A DNA stretch of 64,000 nt from Paraspadella gotoi (taxonomy: Eukaryota > Animalia > Chaetognatha): NCBI GenBank assembly GCA_051294375.1, contig CM119269.1:3665021-3729020 (forward strand). Direction: 5' to 3'. The translations under genes and the position numbers were made by a program. Numbering within the stretch: the first letter of the stretch is position 1; every line of letters begins with the position of its first letter. Positions 1 through 48,896 of the stretch are shown here, piece after piece. The notes below the pieces were generated by a model that had not been told where the DNA came from, made no database searches, and saw only the letters and a list, made by a program, of their open reading frames with translations.

Positions 1-212
1 AAATATGCAAATATGAAATTTGACCTCGGTCTGGTTTCTTCTTAAAAAAAAGAACAATCTAAAATTTCATTCAAGATTAAAACTTTTTTAAGATGAGGAC
101 CTAAAATTTTTTTTGATAAGTAAAAAAAATATTAGAAAGGAAAAGAGTTCGTCCCTACTCAGATACGTCGAAAAACGAGTTCAGCTCTGCAGGGCGGTCC
201 AGCTTCTCTCTA

Positions 213-287
<75 letters not shown>

Positions 288-436
288 TTTTCTTTCTATT
301 TATTCCGCCATTTATTCCGCGCTTTTTTCTCAATACAAAATCCCAAATTTACATCCGAGATTTTCGTGAATTTTTTTTCAAAAAATTTTGATTATTCTTT
401 ATATAAACGAGAGTGAAAACTGACCAGCCTCTCTCA

Positions 437-476
<40 letters not shown>

Positions 477-507
477 ATTCATACACGCATTTGTTTGTTT
501 TATTTAC

Positions 508-722
508 GATGAATGATTCATCGCGTCAATGAATGACTATCATCGCATCAATGAATGATTATCATCATATCCATGAATGATTATCATCACATCAATGAAT
601 GACTATCATCGCATCAATCATTTGATTATCATCACATCAGTTATTTTGTTATCATCGCATCAATTATTGGTTATCATCGCATCAATATTTGGTTATCATC
701 GCATCAATATTTGGTTACCATC
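508..722. repeat. Minisatellite, ~22-bp unit (atgaatgattatcatcgcatca, drifting to atatttggttatcatcgcatca)
   Basis: About 9 degenerate tandem copies read directly. Confidence 0.85.
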
Positions 723-3086
723 GAAAGCGGCTCGATCCCTATTGCTTTTAAGATTTTTTTTCTTCGTTTCCTTATTTTCTCCCATCTTTTTTTCCCTTTC
801 ACTATTTCTTTTTTTTTTTCTGGTTCTTTCTTTCTTTTGTTCTATTATCTCGCCTTCTCTATAAATCACTCTTTCTCTCTCTGTCATCCTTATTTTCGGT
901 TTTCTCCACATTCTTCTCCCCCTCCCGCCTTCCCCTCCCTTTCGCCACCCTCCGCCCCCCCCCTCCGTCCCCCCCTCACGCCTCCGGTCTTTTTGCTCCA
1001 TTGTCGTTTCTCAGATCGTCTTTGGGAAGACAAAGCGAAAAATAAAAACGACAGTAACAACACCAGCAATGAAAAGAGAAAAAAATATCTTCAGAACTTA
1101 AGATATGAAACAATATTATATATTTTAAAATTTATAAATTCTTATATATTATATTATTTATATATTATACTGTATATAAAAGAAAGAAATAAATAAATTA
1201 AAAAAATAGAAAAAAGAAAGAAAGAAAAAGTAATAGAATCGTGAGCAGGAAAAAAATAGTCACAACTGAAGTCACTTATGAAGACAAATGGGGGAATTTG
1301 TAAAAGTGAAAGGGAGACCACAGAGGTTGTAATGATGCGGCGAAAGGTAAAGGTAAAAACTTAAAATTATATTACATATAACAATAACCTAATAAAGGAC
1401 GATAATAGTGAAGTTTTAGATATTTTTTTTTCAATAAAACAAAGTAAAAGTATCAAAGACAAAAAACAAAGTCTAAGACGAGGTGAGAAACGAATGATAG
1501 ACGTGAGGAGAATGTTAATGTACACTCTAAGAATTTTCCTCTCATCAGCTCGTCGGAAAACACTCAACAGTCTGCCATTGACTGGACCTATTGATTGTAA
1601 CTGATCACAAGTGGCTGCGAGATTTGTTCGGAGGTGGGCGTTTGGTGAAAAAAAAATGACGATCACGACAAAGGCAGTCTGGCAACGGAACAATTTAGTT
1701 GTATTTAAATATTTTTTTGTATTTAAACGTTGCTATCGTTCCCCTAAGAAATATCTCCGTTTCTCTCTGTTCTTTCCCATAGAAGCTTCCAAAACGATTT
1801 TGCGATTCTTCTTTATTCGGTAAAAGATAAAAATCCTTTTTAAAGATAATGGGGTCTTTTCCTTCTTTTTTCGGTGACCTGGAGGCGGATTCTTGGCTCA
1901 AGATTTTGATTAAGGCAGAAAAGCGGTGCGTGTAGAAAATAACGGCAACTCGCGTCCAACCGACGTCGATGAGCTGCGAATAAAGTCAAATTCAGACAAT
2001 TTTTTACCATCGCAGATGGAATCAGAACCAAGAATGGAATCGAATCCGCGTCTCTACTTACTTAAATGTTACGAAAAGCATTATGATTTTGAAGGGAGAT
2101 TGTATGGACCGGTTTGATTAAACGGCTTCTGTCTTGACCGAACGAGGACAAAGCAAAAAGAGAAGAATGTACGAAGTAACGTCGCCTTAAAATAGCGCAT
2201 GGAACCAACTATATACTACACTTTAGTGTTCAGTGTGCACATTAACGCGGTAGTAGTAATCTATTTGTAGCTCTACTAAAAAAAAAAAAAAACAGAGCGA
2301 AGAGAACGGTGGCCATAAAGTCAGACAGTTAATTGTCGTATTACACTATTTCAATCTTTTTACTTTTTTTCTTTCCGGCTGAAATACTTGAGTTATTTTT
2401 CCAACGACCGTGAGCGTAGCCGAGTTTTCTCACCCTCTTCTTTCAAAAGGAAAACTTTTTTACTGACGTCTCATTTCTAAACTTTTTTTAACGATTCGCT
2501 CTTCGAACGGTCTGTCTGTCTATTGATCTGTCCGACGTATAACTCATTAGAATGGTAATCTTTTTAACGAATGTGATGGAATGGTTCTTATTTTAACTAT
2601 TGTATCACAGCTTTTAGAGCTATTTTTCATGTGATATTCAAAAAAAAAATTTTAGTAATATATAACGAAAATAAAACTAGTTAATGTGAGAAGGAAAAGA
2701 GTCATTTTTTTTAATGTTCACGAATTTCATGATTCTGATTCACGCCACATATCTCGTCGTGAGTCGGTGAAGAGAATAAGGAAGAGAAGCGGAAAAAGGA
2801 ATTCAGGCGAAAATCGTTAAAGGCTATTTTATTTCCATTTTTCTTATCCTTTATTTCTTTTTATTTCCATTTTTCTTTCCATTTTTCTTGCCTCCTTTCT
2901 TATTCTGTTTTTTTTTATCTATAAGACTATAGATCTTATAATATTTTGTTTCATTTTAAATTCTTTTTTGCTTCAGTTTTCTTTTTAAGTTCTCTCAATT
3001 CTTGATAATTCTTAACAAATTTCTTTGGTCTATTTATTTTTATTTCTAGTTATAATTATTAATATTACGGTCATTTATCTTATTTC

Positions 3087-3500
3087 GGAGACGAGGTCGA
3101 CCCACGAATTTGACGAGTGGTACTCTCGTATTCCGCTTTGCCATGTATCTAGCATTCGCCAGGGCATTTATTCACTTCTTGGCAGTTAATCGCGAGGCGC
3201 TGTCTCCATGGCGAATTGCCAAGGCACTTTGACACCTTCCTTCCGGTCGAAGCAATTGTGCGTGCATGAGACGATCAGTGCATAACCCCGTAAACCGTCG
3301 AGAAAGATCACCAGAAAATCCCTCTAACTCAACCTTTGATCGGTTTTCGTGACATCCGTGACACTTAATGAGATTCAAGGGCAAGTCGGATCCGACCAAA
3401 ATCCCTCGATGTGACGAGGGATCAGGCCGGCGACACCTCGTGACTTTGGACGTCGCGTCCTCTGCCGGTTGAAGCGGAAGACGAGACGAGGGAGACATAA
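3087..3500 (+). ncRNA. Candidate structured RNA of unknown class
   Basis: GC-balanced island in AT-rich DNA with several helices: 3087-3097/3435-3447, 3178-3187/3214-3223, 3292-3302/3335-3346, 3401-3408/3415-3422 and hairpin 3451-3488. G-U wobbles form on the + strand. Confidence 0.35.
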
Positions 3501-4154
3501 GCTGACATTCAAACAAATGAGCAATGGGACGAGATGAAAATCTATATTATTACAGTTATTGTTCTGCGGCAAAAGACGGGTTCAATCAATACTTCTAAAT
3601 ATAAAATTTGACGGAAGTTTAACGTTTTGAAAATTTTATTTAATCATTATAATTTATATAAGAAACATTTCGGAATAATTTTCATTGAAAGTTAATGGTC
3701 ATAAAGCTATGTACTCGTTGACTTTTTTGTATAAATTTTTAAAAATATTCAATATTCTCGAGTGAATTTACTCATGATATTTTGATCAAGGACTAAAATC
3801 ATTCTGTAAAAACGTATAAGAACAGAAAAATATCATTGAGGTGTACGTGTAAAATGCATATTCAATCTTTACAAATTTCAGTGCTAGAATTTAAAGTTTA
3901 TAACGCGACTCAATCGGGAACTGGAGTATAATTCGCGAAAACTTTTAATTTTGCTATTTTGTCCTGCAACAGTAACGATACATAAAATACAACACAGGGA
4001 AAGAGACATAAAATTGTCGTTGGCGAGAACATTCAAAATTAAAATGGACGGTAAATCAAATTTAAAAATGCGTTGTATAAAACGAAAGAAAGAAAAAAAA
4101 CAAAAAAAACAAAACAAAAGGGATGAGGTGACCCGATCGGATGAGCATTCAGTC

Positions 4155-24501
<20,347 letters not shown>

Positions 24502-25271
24502 CGTGGCTGGGAGAAGATGGAGCGAACGTTGACGAGCTTTTGCGGATCTCACACAGTTCGCGATTCATCATTCGGCGAAAAGGAGAGGAGGATAAATCTG
24601 ATGGTCTTGTCAATTGGTCAGAGGTGGGGGGGGGGAGGAGGANNNNNNNNNNNNNNNNNNNNNNNNNGCATTCGCGAATTCCGCCGAATTATTATTCGTT
24701 GTTGTCGTCGTCCTTGACGGTTTTTCAAATTAATATCCGAGTTTATGCGAGTATTTTAGTTTAGTTTCTTGCTTTGGCAAGAGAATATGTATAAATTTAT
24801 TTTTTTCTTTTGTTTTGTTTTATTTTTGGTATTTTTTTTTTAATTCCTCTAGTTGTCGCACAATGCAAAGATACGAAATTTTGTACTGAGAGAAAACCAA
24901 GCCCGCCAAGTTTTTTTTTTTTTTTTATTATATTAATTTTTTTAAAACTAGTCCACAAAACTTTTTTCAGTTAACCCGGAAGTAGTTAAAAATTTCCACA
25001 GCCATTATCGATTTTTTTTCGCAATTTCGGCAAAATAGAAACTAAAAAAAATATGAACATTCGAAAATCGAAAAAAAAAAGTTAATGGAAAGTAAGATCG
25101 GCGACGTTGCCGTTAGGTAAATCTGATGTCATGTCATGTCAGAGGGTGGGGGGGGGGAAGGAAGAAGAAAGGGGAATACTTCTCATGCAACGCCTTTCAT
25201 GTTGCCTAACCGTATCTTGTCCTCTCTCGATCTGTCCTCGCCGTGTTTCCTCGTCTTCCCTCTGCTAACCC

Positions 25272-27473
25272 CACGGCAAGTGTCTACGAAATGGCTTTTT
25301 GTCAAGAAATGAACTGAATCTCCTGATTCTTTAAAAATATGATGATGAATTTTTAATTCTTTGGACTAAATCAAAAGAGTGGCCAACAATGCGAGTAAAT
25401 AAAACCATTCCTTTATAAAATTCGATACAGTAGAAAAGTTAGTTTTTAAGCAATTTTACTCTTCAAAATCTTGTTATTTTTGTCCATTTCCAGTTTTGGC
25501 ACTTATTTTCAAGGTGAAGATAGAAGAGAAATTTTTTTTACTTCGCTTTTGGTTTGCCTTCATGTTCTTTTCTACTGGGTAGAAGCATTTTTGTTTAATG
25601 ATTCCCGTTTTGTCTGCAATGAATTTTTTAAAAATGTTCAGTCAAAAAAGGGCAATTTTTTTTCATTTCAATTATTTTCAACTAACTGAACATTATTTAA
25701 ATTAATTTGAAACTAAATCAAAATATTCCCCACATGATAATGCTAATTATTTCTGTAATATAAAGAATAAGCTTCATTAGCGTTTTCTTAAAAAAATTTT
25801 TAAGATGTGCTTTGGAATTTGTGATTTTTTGTGATTGTAGTTTTTATTTGTTAATTTCGACTTTAGATTTAATTTGTTTTTATAAGTTTTATTAGTTGGA
25901 CTAGTTATTATTCTTGTTTAAATCTTAAAAAACGCGCATCATTTTGCGGTTATCTTAAAGCACATCAAGGACAATTTATTTAATCTTTTTTTCCAAGTGT
26001 CGACAGCGATTTTGCGGAAAATTATTCCGAATCTGTCGACCTTTACTAAATCTGCTAAGCAACCAAAAGATTAAAAAAAAAAATCGCGAGTTACGAATTA
26101 TTTGAAGCATAAAACGCAAAAAAAATAAATAATACAGAAAAAAAAGAATAAAAGGAATAAAGAAGAGAAAATAGGAGAGAGAAAGTAAGAACAGAAAGAG
26201 AGTACAGATAAAAGAGAGAAGAGAGACGTTGTGAAAAAGTTTTTAATAAATAACAAACAATAGACTATAAAAATAAATGCAAAAAGTTAAAAAAAAATAA
26301 CAACAACAACAAATACGTATTTACATTGGCTGAAAAAGGTCAGCCATAACAAGGTCATTCTGTTGGATAGCGAACGGTCATTCTTACTGACCACCTACGG
26401 GTCACCAAGTAGAAAGACTTCGTCGTCGTCTTCGTTAATTATATTGTCGTGCGTCGTCGTCTTTGTTCAAATCATTTTGAGCTCCAAAACGCAATGAAAT
26501 TGACGGAGATGACTATTCAAATTTATTTATTTGAGAGAAAAATAGATTTGAATTGTTTTTTTTCAACGAATTATAATTAGACAATTTGTAGTCGGACATG
26601 TTTTGGCTCTTTAGTTAGAGTCTTCAATCAGCGTTTTGGAAACAATCAAATAAAGTTTTTCCTTTTAACATTAAGTTATGAGAAGAGGAGAGAGACAGAG
26701 AGAGTTTTCTAAAGACTGGTTTTTCTCAGTTACCGTCATTTTTCGTTGCACCACTTCGTTCATCGATTCCGTTTATGCAATTATTTCATAACTTCGAAAT
26801 ACAAAGACTATTTTTCTACAAGCGTCGTGGGTTGTTAGTGGTGGCAATATTAAACGAAGTGGAGTCCGAGGAGTGGTTCAAATTTAATTGTTGCTATTCT
26901 GGCCTAATTCTTTATTTCCTCCTCCCTCCCTTTCCTCCTCTTATTTTTCCCTCTCTCTCGTCTCTCTCACGATCTCTCTCGTCTCTCTCTCTGCTCTCTC
27001 TCATTTTCTCTTTCTGTCGGCGTTCCAGGACCCCCAGGCGTATCCGCCACCCCAGTTAAGTTGGAGGAGAGAGAAGAGAAAGAAAAAGAAGAAAGAAAGA
27101 GAGAAAAGAGAAGAGAAAGAAAGAAAGAGAGAAAGGAGAAGATTAGATTTAAATTTTAAAACTACGCTCCATTTCCTTCTCAATTTTTAACCAATTAGTT
27201 GACGTAGATTTCGTAACTCGATAGTTAAAATAGATTTTTCAACTCACAATTAGTTTCAAAAACTCTGAAAGAACTTTTGTCGTAGCGAATTTTGAAGTAA
27301 TAGAAGAAGCAAGCAGTGTGTTTTGTGCTTAATGACAGATGTAGATAACTATTCCAAATCGATTTTTAAAGTCAAGAAAATGACCAAAGAATCCAACGAG
27401 ACACTAAAAGTAGTAATTTTTAGCAGTTAGAAATCAATGGTTTAAGAAAAGGCGTTTCGTAGACAACTGCCCC
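25272..27473. mobile_element. Non-autonomous TIR DNA element, ~2.2 kb, AT-rich, no transposase seen
   Basis: Imperfect TIRs ggcaagtgtctacgaaatggctttt / aaaaggcgtttcgtagacaactgcc; its flanks are contiguous (empty site) in the duplicate at ~32990-33015. Confidence 0.8.
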
Positions 27474-39180
<11,707 letters not shown>

Positions 39181-39182
39181 TT

Positions 39183-39228
<46 letters not shown>

Positions 39229-41556
39229 GCTCTCTCTGACACCAGGGGAAAAAATATTTAGTGAGAAAGGATAGGAATCGAAGATGCTCATCGACGTCGG
39301 AATGTCGATCCATTCGTCAAAAAAATGCGTCGATGGATCGAACGCTGGATTTTGATACAAACTTCAGATTTATTTCAATATTTATATTTTATCATCTTTT
39401 TTAGTTATTAGTTATTTTATAGATGTTCAACACGCTGCTCCTTTCGCTACCAACTCCGGAACGTGAATCGCCTTTTTTTTTAGTTCGCGCCGTTTCTCTT
39501 TCGATGTCTTTTTGTTATTGTTTTTTTGGTTTTTTTGCCTTTTTTATCCTTTTCTCGTTTTTGTTTGTTTACGAATCGCGAAGCGAAACTTAATCCGCGC
39601 GGGGAATCGGCCTCGGGGTTTGGTGGGGGGATGTAAAAGGAGCAGGTATAAAGGCGACCAGAGGTTTGGGGGAGCCAGAGCTAGAGGAGCGATGAATGTT
39701 TTAAGAGGAGGAAAAGTAGTCGAGTGGTTCGCAGGAGTTCGGATTGAGGGAGTGACGGAAATGACGTTGACGTAGAAACGGGCTCACTGCCCCCCCCCCC
39801 GCCCCCGTCTACTTCTTTCATAACGGTTTCGAGCTTTGGACCCAACGACTCGCCCTTTCATGCCCCCGGAGTGGGACGAGAGTCTTGTTTACATTACGTC
39901 ATCGACTTCGCTCATTACTTGGCCTCGGTGGTCAAAAAATTTGGTCGACGGCACGAGCCGCCGTCGGTGGCGTAGACGGGCGGTGGTTGCGGAGAGGGGC
40001 GAAAGAAGTGGGGTTGCAGGGGGTAGAGGGGTGGCGGTGGAGAGTAGAGGCGGAGGCGCAGGAGGTGGCGGCATTTAGTGGCGACGTCTCGATTTGTTTT
40101 CTTTTATTTCCTTCGCTAATGTGATTCGGCGCCAAATTTCCGGTGTCGACTTTCTTTACACTTTTCACACTTAAACTACTTTTCGTCCTTCGTAGCTTTT
40201 ATCCCTCGTATTCTTTTGCCACTCTTGAGCACTCTTTACGAGTTTGCACTCTTTTCTCGCTTCTCGGTCTATTATTAATTCCTTTGAATCTTTTTACGTA
40301 AAACGTCGACATTTTGCGCTTTCACGACCTCTTCATTTTTTAGGTCTTTTTAGTTTGGCCGTAAGCTTAACATAGTTTTTAAACATGAAATTGTTACAAC
40401 CAATATAAAAATTATCAATTCATTTAATAAATAAGCTATCTTGCCCCTGACTTTGGACAGGCTTTGGTGGTTCAAGGCCTCCATCACTCTTATAAGATAA
40501 TGACTTAGCAGGTCCCTGCAATCTTTCGGCATTAATCGTTTTCACTCTCCAAACCTCGCCCATCCTATATATCTACCTTTATCCCTTACTCTTCCTTCCT
40601 TCTACCCTCACTCCCGCTTCTCACCCCTCGCCCAATTTCGTCTCGACTTTGGACGACGATGTCCGACGGCGATTTTGACCGGAAAAGATTTTAATGAACG
40701 AGAGTTGACGCCCGAGGGCGCAGTGTTGCCGCCGCTGCCGCAGTCGCTGCCGCAGCCGCCGCAGCCGCTGCCGCCACCGACTCCGCCGCTGCTACAGCCA
40801 CCGCAGCATGACGCAGCCACCGCACCAATTCATCATCGTCATCATTATCATCCTCATCATCATCATTATCATCATCACACTTAACCTTGTCATCAATCAT
40901 CGTCTTCATATTCGATCTTTAACGGTTTGATATACGAGACTTCTAGTAATTAAAATCAATAATCTGAGTCGAATGTTTGAAAATTGCGTTTTGCATACAG
41001 GTTTGTCACTTTTTATAGCTTGTCCGATATCGTCCTTTGATTCGTTACTTCGATTGATATTTCAAAAGAACGGTGGTGAAATTCACCAGTGTGTGAATTG
41101 GTCGTGGCTCGTGAGGTCATCGTCGTCAGTTAGTCGTCGTCGTCGTTTTTGTCTTTTGCGTCACTGCAAAAGGACAGCTCCCATCTGCAATATTCTACTA
41201 AAAGAATGAAAACAACACCGTTCGCATTCAATAATTATTATAATCGATATAAAAAGCAAAACAAACATTACAAGACAAAATAAATTCATCCTCATGGCAC
41301 AAAAAAGGATTTTAGTATCAATTAAAATCGAGCATACTTTAAAAACCTTAAAATATTTACGAATATTATTATTTTTATTGCAATCACAGAAAATTTCACA
41401 TTTCGGGTTTTTAAAACATTATGATTAGAATAAAAGGAATCATTTCTAGAATCTCATTAAAGTATTCGACGTACAATTTTTCTATTGCAAATTCTTCATT
41501 CGACAACCGAAACTCTCCTCCAATCAGATATCGCCGGAAAAAATCTTCTCGGCCAA

Positions 41557-43851
<2,295 letters not shown>

Positions 43852-44250
43852 CTGCGGAGAAGAGGAAGAGGAAAAAGTTGGGGAGAGTTAATCTAAGTTG
43901 ATTGAGATAGTTATGTGTCTTGTACTAAAATAAAAATTATTAAAATTACTTGTTTATGTTTATCTATTTTTGGGAAGGGGACGTTAGTGTTGTCTTCTGG
44001 TTATCTGTCAACGGTAATCCCTCCTCTCACTAGTGATGTTTCCCCAATCCTCTCAGAAGTAAAAACTGCGATTTTTATCTTTGACTTATCATGANNNNNN
44101 NNNNNNNNNNNNNNNNNNNNNNNNNNNNNNNNNNNNNNNNNNNNNNNNNNNNNNNNNNNNNNNNNNNNNNNNNNNNNNNNNNNNNNNNNNNNNNNNNNNN
44201 NNNNCAGAAAAAGTGTGAGACGAGAGAGAGAGAGACAGAGAGAGAAGAGA

Positions 44251-44288
<38 letters not shown>

Positions 44289-44863
44289 AGGAGGAGAGAG
44301 AGGGGCTATCGTGTCCTTCTTTTCCCTTTTCTTTCCCACATTTACGAATTCCACATTTCGTTTTATTGTTTCATCAAATTTCCCTCTTATAGAAAAGGTA
44401 GGTGATTTTTTATGACTTTGGTTCTCTCATCTTATGAAACGACGTCCCCAAGAATCACAAGAAAAAACAAAATCGTATAATAAATATCATTATGGGTTTG
44501 ATATAACGCGGCGTAACATTCGCTCAAGAAATAAGAACAAAAGATACTAATTCTTTTTGATAATATCTGGTACTACATTTTTCTTCTGGTTTTAGTCTCA
44601 GTTTTCCCATGAGAGATAGACATCGGAGAGAGCGAAGATTGAGATACTTCGATGGATAAGTTTAAGAGATAGAGGAGTGTACGAGAGATTGAGAGAGTAA
44701 GAGTAGATGAGCAGTTCTTGAACCGCCCCACAAACCGACGTCTACAAGGATGTTCTCGTTATCGATTCGAGAAGCCACTTAAACCCTACATCACGCCCTC
44801 CTTCCTCCTCGTAATTTCTGTTCGACGAAGAATTTCGAAATTTTGCTTTATATCCTTCCTAAA

Positions 44864-44901
<38 letters not shown>

Positions 44902-45589
44902 TTACGGGTCAGGTGTCGTTTTACGGGAGATTCGAACAGGCTGTTGCCAGGAAGAGAGCGGAGGAAGGAGTTGGGGGGGGCGAAGGAGTGGCGGGGAGTG
45001 ACGAGAAAGGAAGAGTGAAAATTGAAGAAAAACGGAAGGCTTTAAACTTCTGTTCGACTCTGAAACGAGGATTAAATCGACCCAAAGGTGAACCGAAAAC
45101 AACAACAACCAAAGAAAATCACAACAACTGAAACGGGACAAGAAAAATAAAATAAAAAAAAGAAGAAAAACCAGAAAAAACTTTATTTTGTAATAAAACC
45201 AACGTCGCTCTTTTCCTTTTCGCGTTAAAGTCTCGAGAATCCTTTTTTTCTTACGTTTTTTTTTAAATTTTTCAAAATTTTTGTCATCTTCGTCGCACGG
45301 GTGACAAATTTTTTTAATGTTTTTCTTTTAAACCAGTTATGCATTATTTTATTCAGCCTTTTTCGTTTACTATTCAACAGTTTTCCTCCTTTTCATCATT
45401 ACCGTAGCTCAAGGCGTTAAATAATACTATTATTTTGTAAAAGGGATATAAGAATTATAGCCTGTCCAAATTCAGGGGCATGATAGCTTATTTATAAAAT
45501 ATTGATTGTACCAGTTTCATTCATCAAATTGACTTCCTATTAAACCTCATCTTCAAACTTACCCACTCTTGCCCCATTATTCGCTTTTT

Positions 45590-48500
45590 ATGAAGAGAAC
45601 GAGGAGGATGTAGAGTAGACGAGATGAGAGAGATAACACGAGAATTGAAGTTCTTAGACGTCCCCTTCATCGAAGTCGATCGTCTTAGTCGTCGTAGTGC
45701 ACTTCAATGAGGAAGTCAGAAACGTGACGCTTCTGTTTGTGCATCAAGATTCATTCACGAGGTGCGTGGCAAGGGTGAAAGGGGCGAGAAAAGGGAGGGT
45801 GAAAATTGCAGGGATGGAAGGAGAGGGGATCTGTAGAGAACGGAGACAGCGTTAGCAGGGTGATGGTTTGATCGATTGAAAGAAAACGAGAGAAGCGAGA
45901 AGAGACCTCAGAAAGTATTCAATTTTATATCTCACTAGGCGGCCAATTGAATTACTTTTATAACTTTTAATCTTCTCAAAAAATTCTTTTTTCCTTCTAT
46001 TACTAAAATCGATTTTCAAATGCAACTTTTTGAAATTAGTTCATTGGGTTGTTGCACTGAAGCTTTTAAATAGTTATTAATAATATAAAAATGACAAAAT
46101 TTTTTTAAAAAAAATTATGTTTTTGAAGACGCGATCCACATATAGAGCTTTGAAAGTTAATGAAAGTTCAGTACTAAATTTTTTAAATTTTGACAAGACA
46201 AATTTGTAAAAAACAGAAAAAACGTTAAAAATCATCATCATCCATCATCATTGGCTGATGTTTATTAGAGTTTTTTAAATGTTTATCAATAAACAATCAG
46301 AATTTTAAAAATTTGAAGATTAATAACCTTTCATCTTAACTTTTAAGCTCTATTCAGAATCCATTAAAAAAATTGAAAATTCAAAAAAAATTTTTAACTT
46401 TATATAGAAGTAATAAAATGAATCTTTAATGCTTTCCGTTGCGCATATTAGATAATAATTTTTTTAATTTTTTATTTTCATATTCCTCTAACAGTCACTT
46501 TATCATTATTTATTTGATAGAGAACTTCTAGTTTTTCAACCTGTTCCGGCCTAATAACTCAATATATAGCGTAAACCTGAACTATTAAATGAAATGTAGC
46601 AATGGTACTTAATTATAAATCAAAACAAGGAAGTTGGGAAAGAGAAGAAATGCGCTGAGGGGATTACGGCAAAAAGATATGGAATGTGAATGGTGGGAAA
46701 AAATGAACCCGATCTTCTTCAATGTTTAAAATTTTCGAATTTTCTACTATCGCCCCCCGATCAGCATTCCTTAACTCGCCTCTCAAAATTATACGATACC
46801 TACAATGAAAATATTTATACTAAACTCTGAATGATTCTTGGGGGCCCAACGTTTGCTCTTTTTTTCGAGTTTGGAGATAAGCGCCCACTACACGCTCTCT
46901 TACCCCCCTCTTCCCAGTCAATGACTAATGCAGGAGAAGGAGAGAGAGAGCAGAGAGAGAAGAGAAGAGGAGAGAGAGAGAGATAGGAGAGAAGAGAGAT
47001 TCGATTTTACCCGTGTCCCCCTCGTATGGGGCAGGCGGGGTATTTAATTTCGCCGCAATCGAAGTCACGTCATCTCCGATCGAAGCGAAGGAAGGAACTT
47101 TTTCTTTGGACGAGGGGGAGATGGAGAAGTAGGGGATTGGAGGGGGGGAAGGGGAGAGAGGGGGGGCAGCGATCCAGGGCGAAAAGTTCGCGTCCAAATT
47201 CCGCGGAGTTCGATCTTTTTTCGCCGCTGCGCCTGTTTTTTCTCGCCGTCGCGCGACTGCGGAGCGGGAGATATGAAGAGGGAAGGCAAGAATTGAAGGA
47301 GAGAGAGAGAAGAGGGAGAAGGAGGGGGGAAGAATATGGCTTAGTTGCTGAGAGGGGGGAGAGATGGTCTAAATAGCGAATAATGGCAGGTCGTAAGTTT
47401 GAAGATGAGGTTAATGGGAAGTCAATTTTGATGAATGAACTGGTAAATCAATAGTTTTATAAGTAAGCTATCTGCCCCTCTGATTTTGGGAAAGCTATAA
47501 TTCTTATATCCCTTTTACAAAATAATGTATTATTAACGCCTGAGCTTACGGTAATATGAAAGGAGGAAAACTGCTGAATAGTAACACGAAAACGGCTGCA
47601 ATTAAAATGCATAACTGGTTAAAAGCGCAAAAACATTAAAAATGTGTACCCGTGCGACGAAATGACAAAAATTATGAAAAATTTAAAAAAAAAACGTTAA
47701 AGAAAAAAAGGATTCTCGTAGACTTGTAACGCGAAAGAAAAGAGCGCGTTGGTTTTATTACAAAATAAAGTTCTTTTTGGTTTTTCTTCTTTTTTTATTT
47801 TTATTTTTCTTCGTCCGTTTCAGTTGTTGTGATTTCTTTGCGTTGTTGTGTTCGTTCACCTTTGGGTCGATTAATCTTTCCTTGGCAGAGTCGACAGAAG
47901 TTTAACCTTCGTTTTCTTCAATTTCACTTTCCTTTCTCGTCCTCCCGCCATCTTGCCCCCCCCCAACTTCTCCTCCGCTCTCTTCCTGGCAAAGCCTGTT
48001 CGAATCTCCCGCGTAAAACGACACCTGACCGTAATCGTCGCGTCGTCGTTCGTCGTCGTTTCGTCCTTAGAGGGATATAAGCAAATTTCGCAAATTCTTC
48101 GTCGAACAGAAATACGAGGAGGAAGGAGGGCGTGAAGTTAGGTTTAAGGGGCTGGAGGACATGGGATGGCGGGGGGAATCTCGTTTTGATAATATGAATT
48201 GCAAGCAAAGAATACTATAAATTAAAAAGGAAGTTGGAGGGTAACACAACCGCCGGGTCCAAAGGTCAAGAGAACGGAAAAGTGGGAGTGTTTAAAATGT
48301 TAACGTTTTATTCAAATTCGTTATAAAATATAACATAGGCGCATCTAGTTGTCTTACTGATAAGTGCATGTATCATGAAGTTTGAAAATGAACATTCTGA
48401 GTTTAAATAATCGTTTACAACACCTATGTCTATAAGACATCTCGTATGCTCAGATCGCCTTTGAAATGCAAGATCGCTTGATAATGCTTCAAGCCCCCTT

Positions 48501-48844
48501 GAGGTAAGATCGAAAATCGAAGATCGGAATGACTCTTTCTCATCCTCTTCTCTGTCGTAACGAGACATCCTTGACGGTCGTTCGGAGGGCGGTTCGCTTC
48601 TCTCTCTCTCTTTTCTCTCTCTCTCTCTCTCTCTCTCATCTCTCGTCTCTCTCTCTCTCTCTCGCCTCTCTCTCTCTCTCTTCTGGGACGACCAACATAG
48701 TCCAGGATATTATCAAGATTAGGATTCTTTCTTTTTCTCGATTCCATTTCCATTTATTTTCATTTTTTTTCTTGTTGATCTCCGGTTCAATGGGACCAAA
48801 AAATCCCCTTCCGTTTTCCTAGGGATATTTGACCATCTGCCCCC

Positions 48845-48896
<52 letters not shown>

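Noticed and set aside
3087-3500. Telomerase RNA, RNase MRP/P or 7SK assignment
   Set aside because: No CTAACCC template, no complete P4 motifs, no oligo-T terminator; left unclassified
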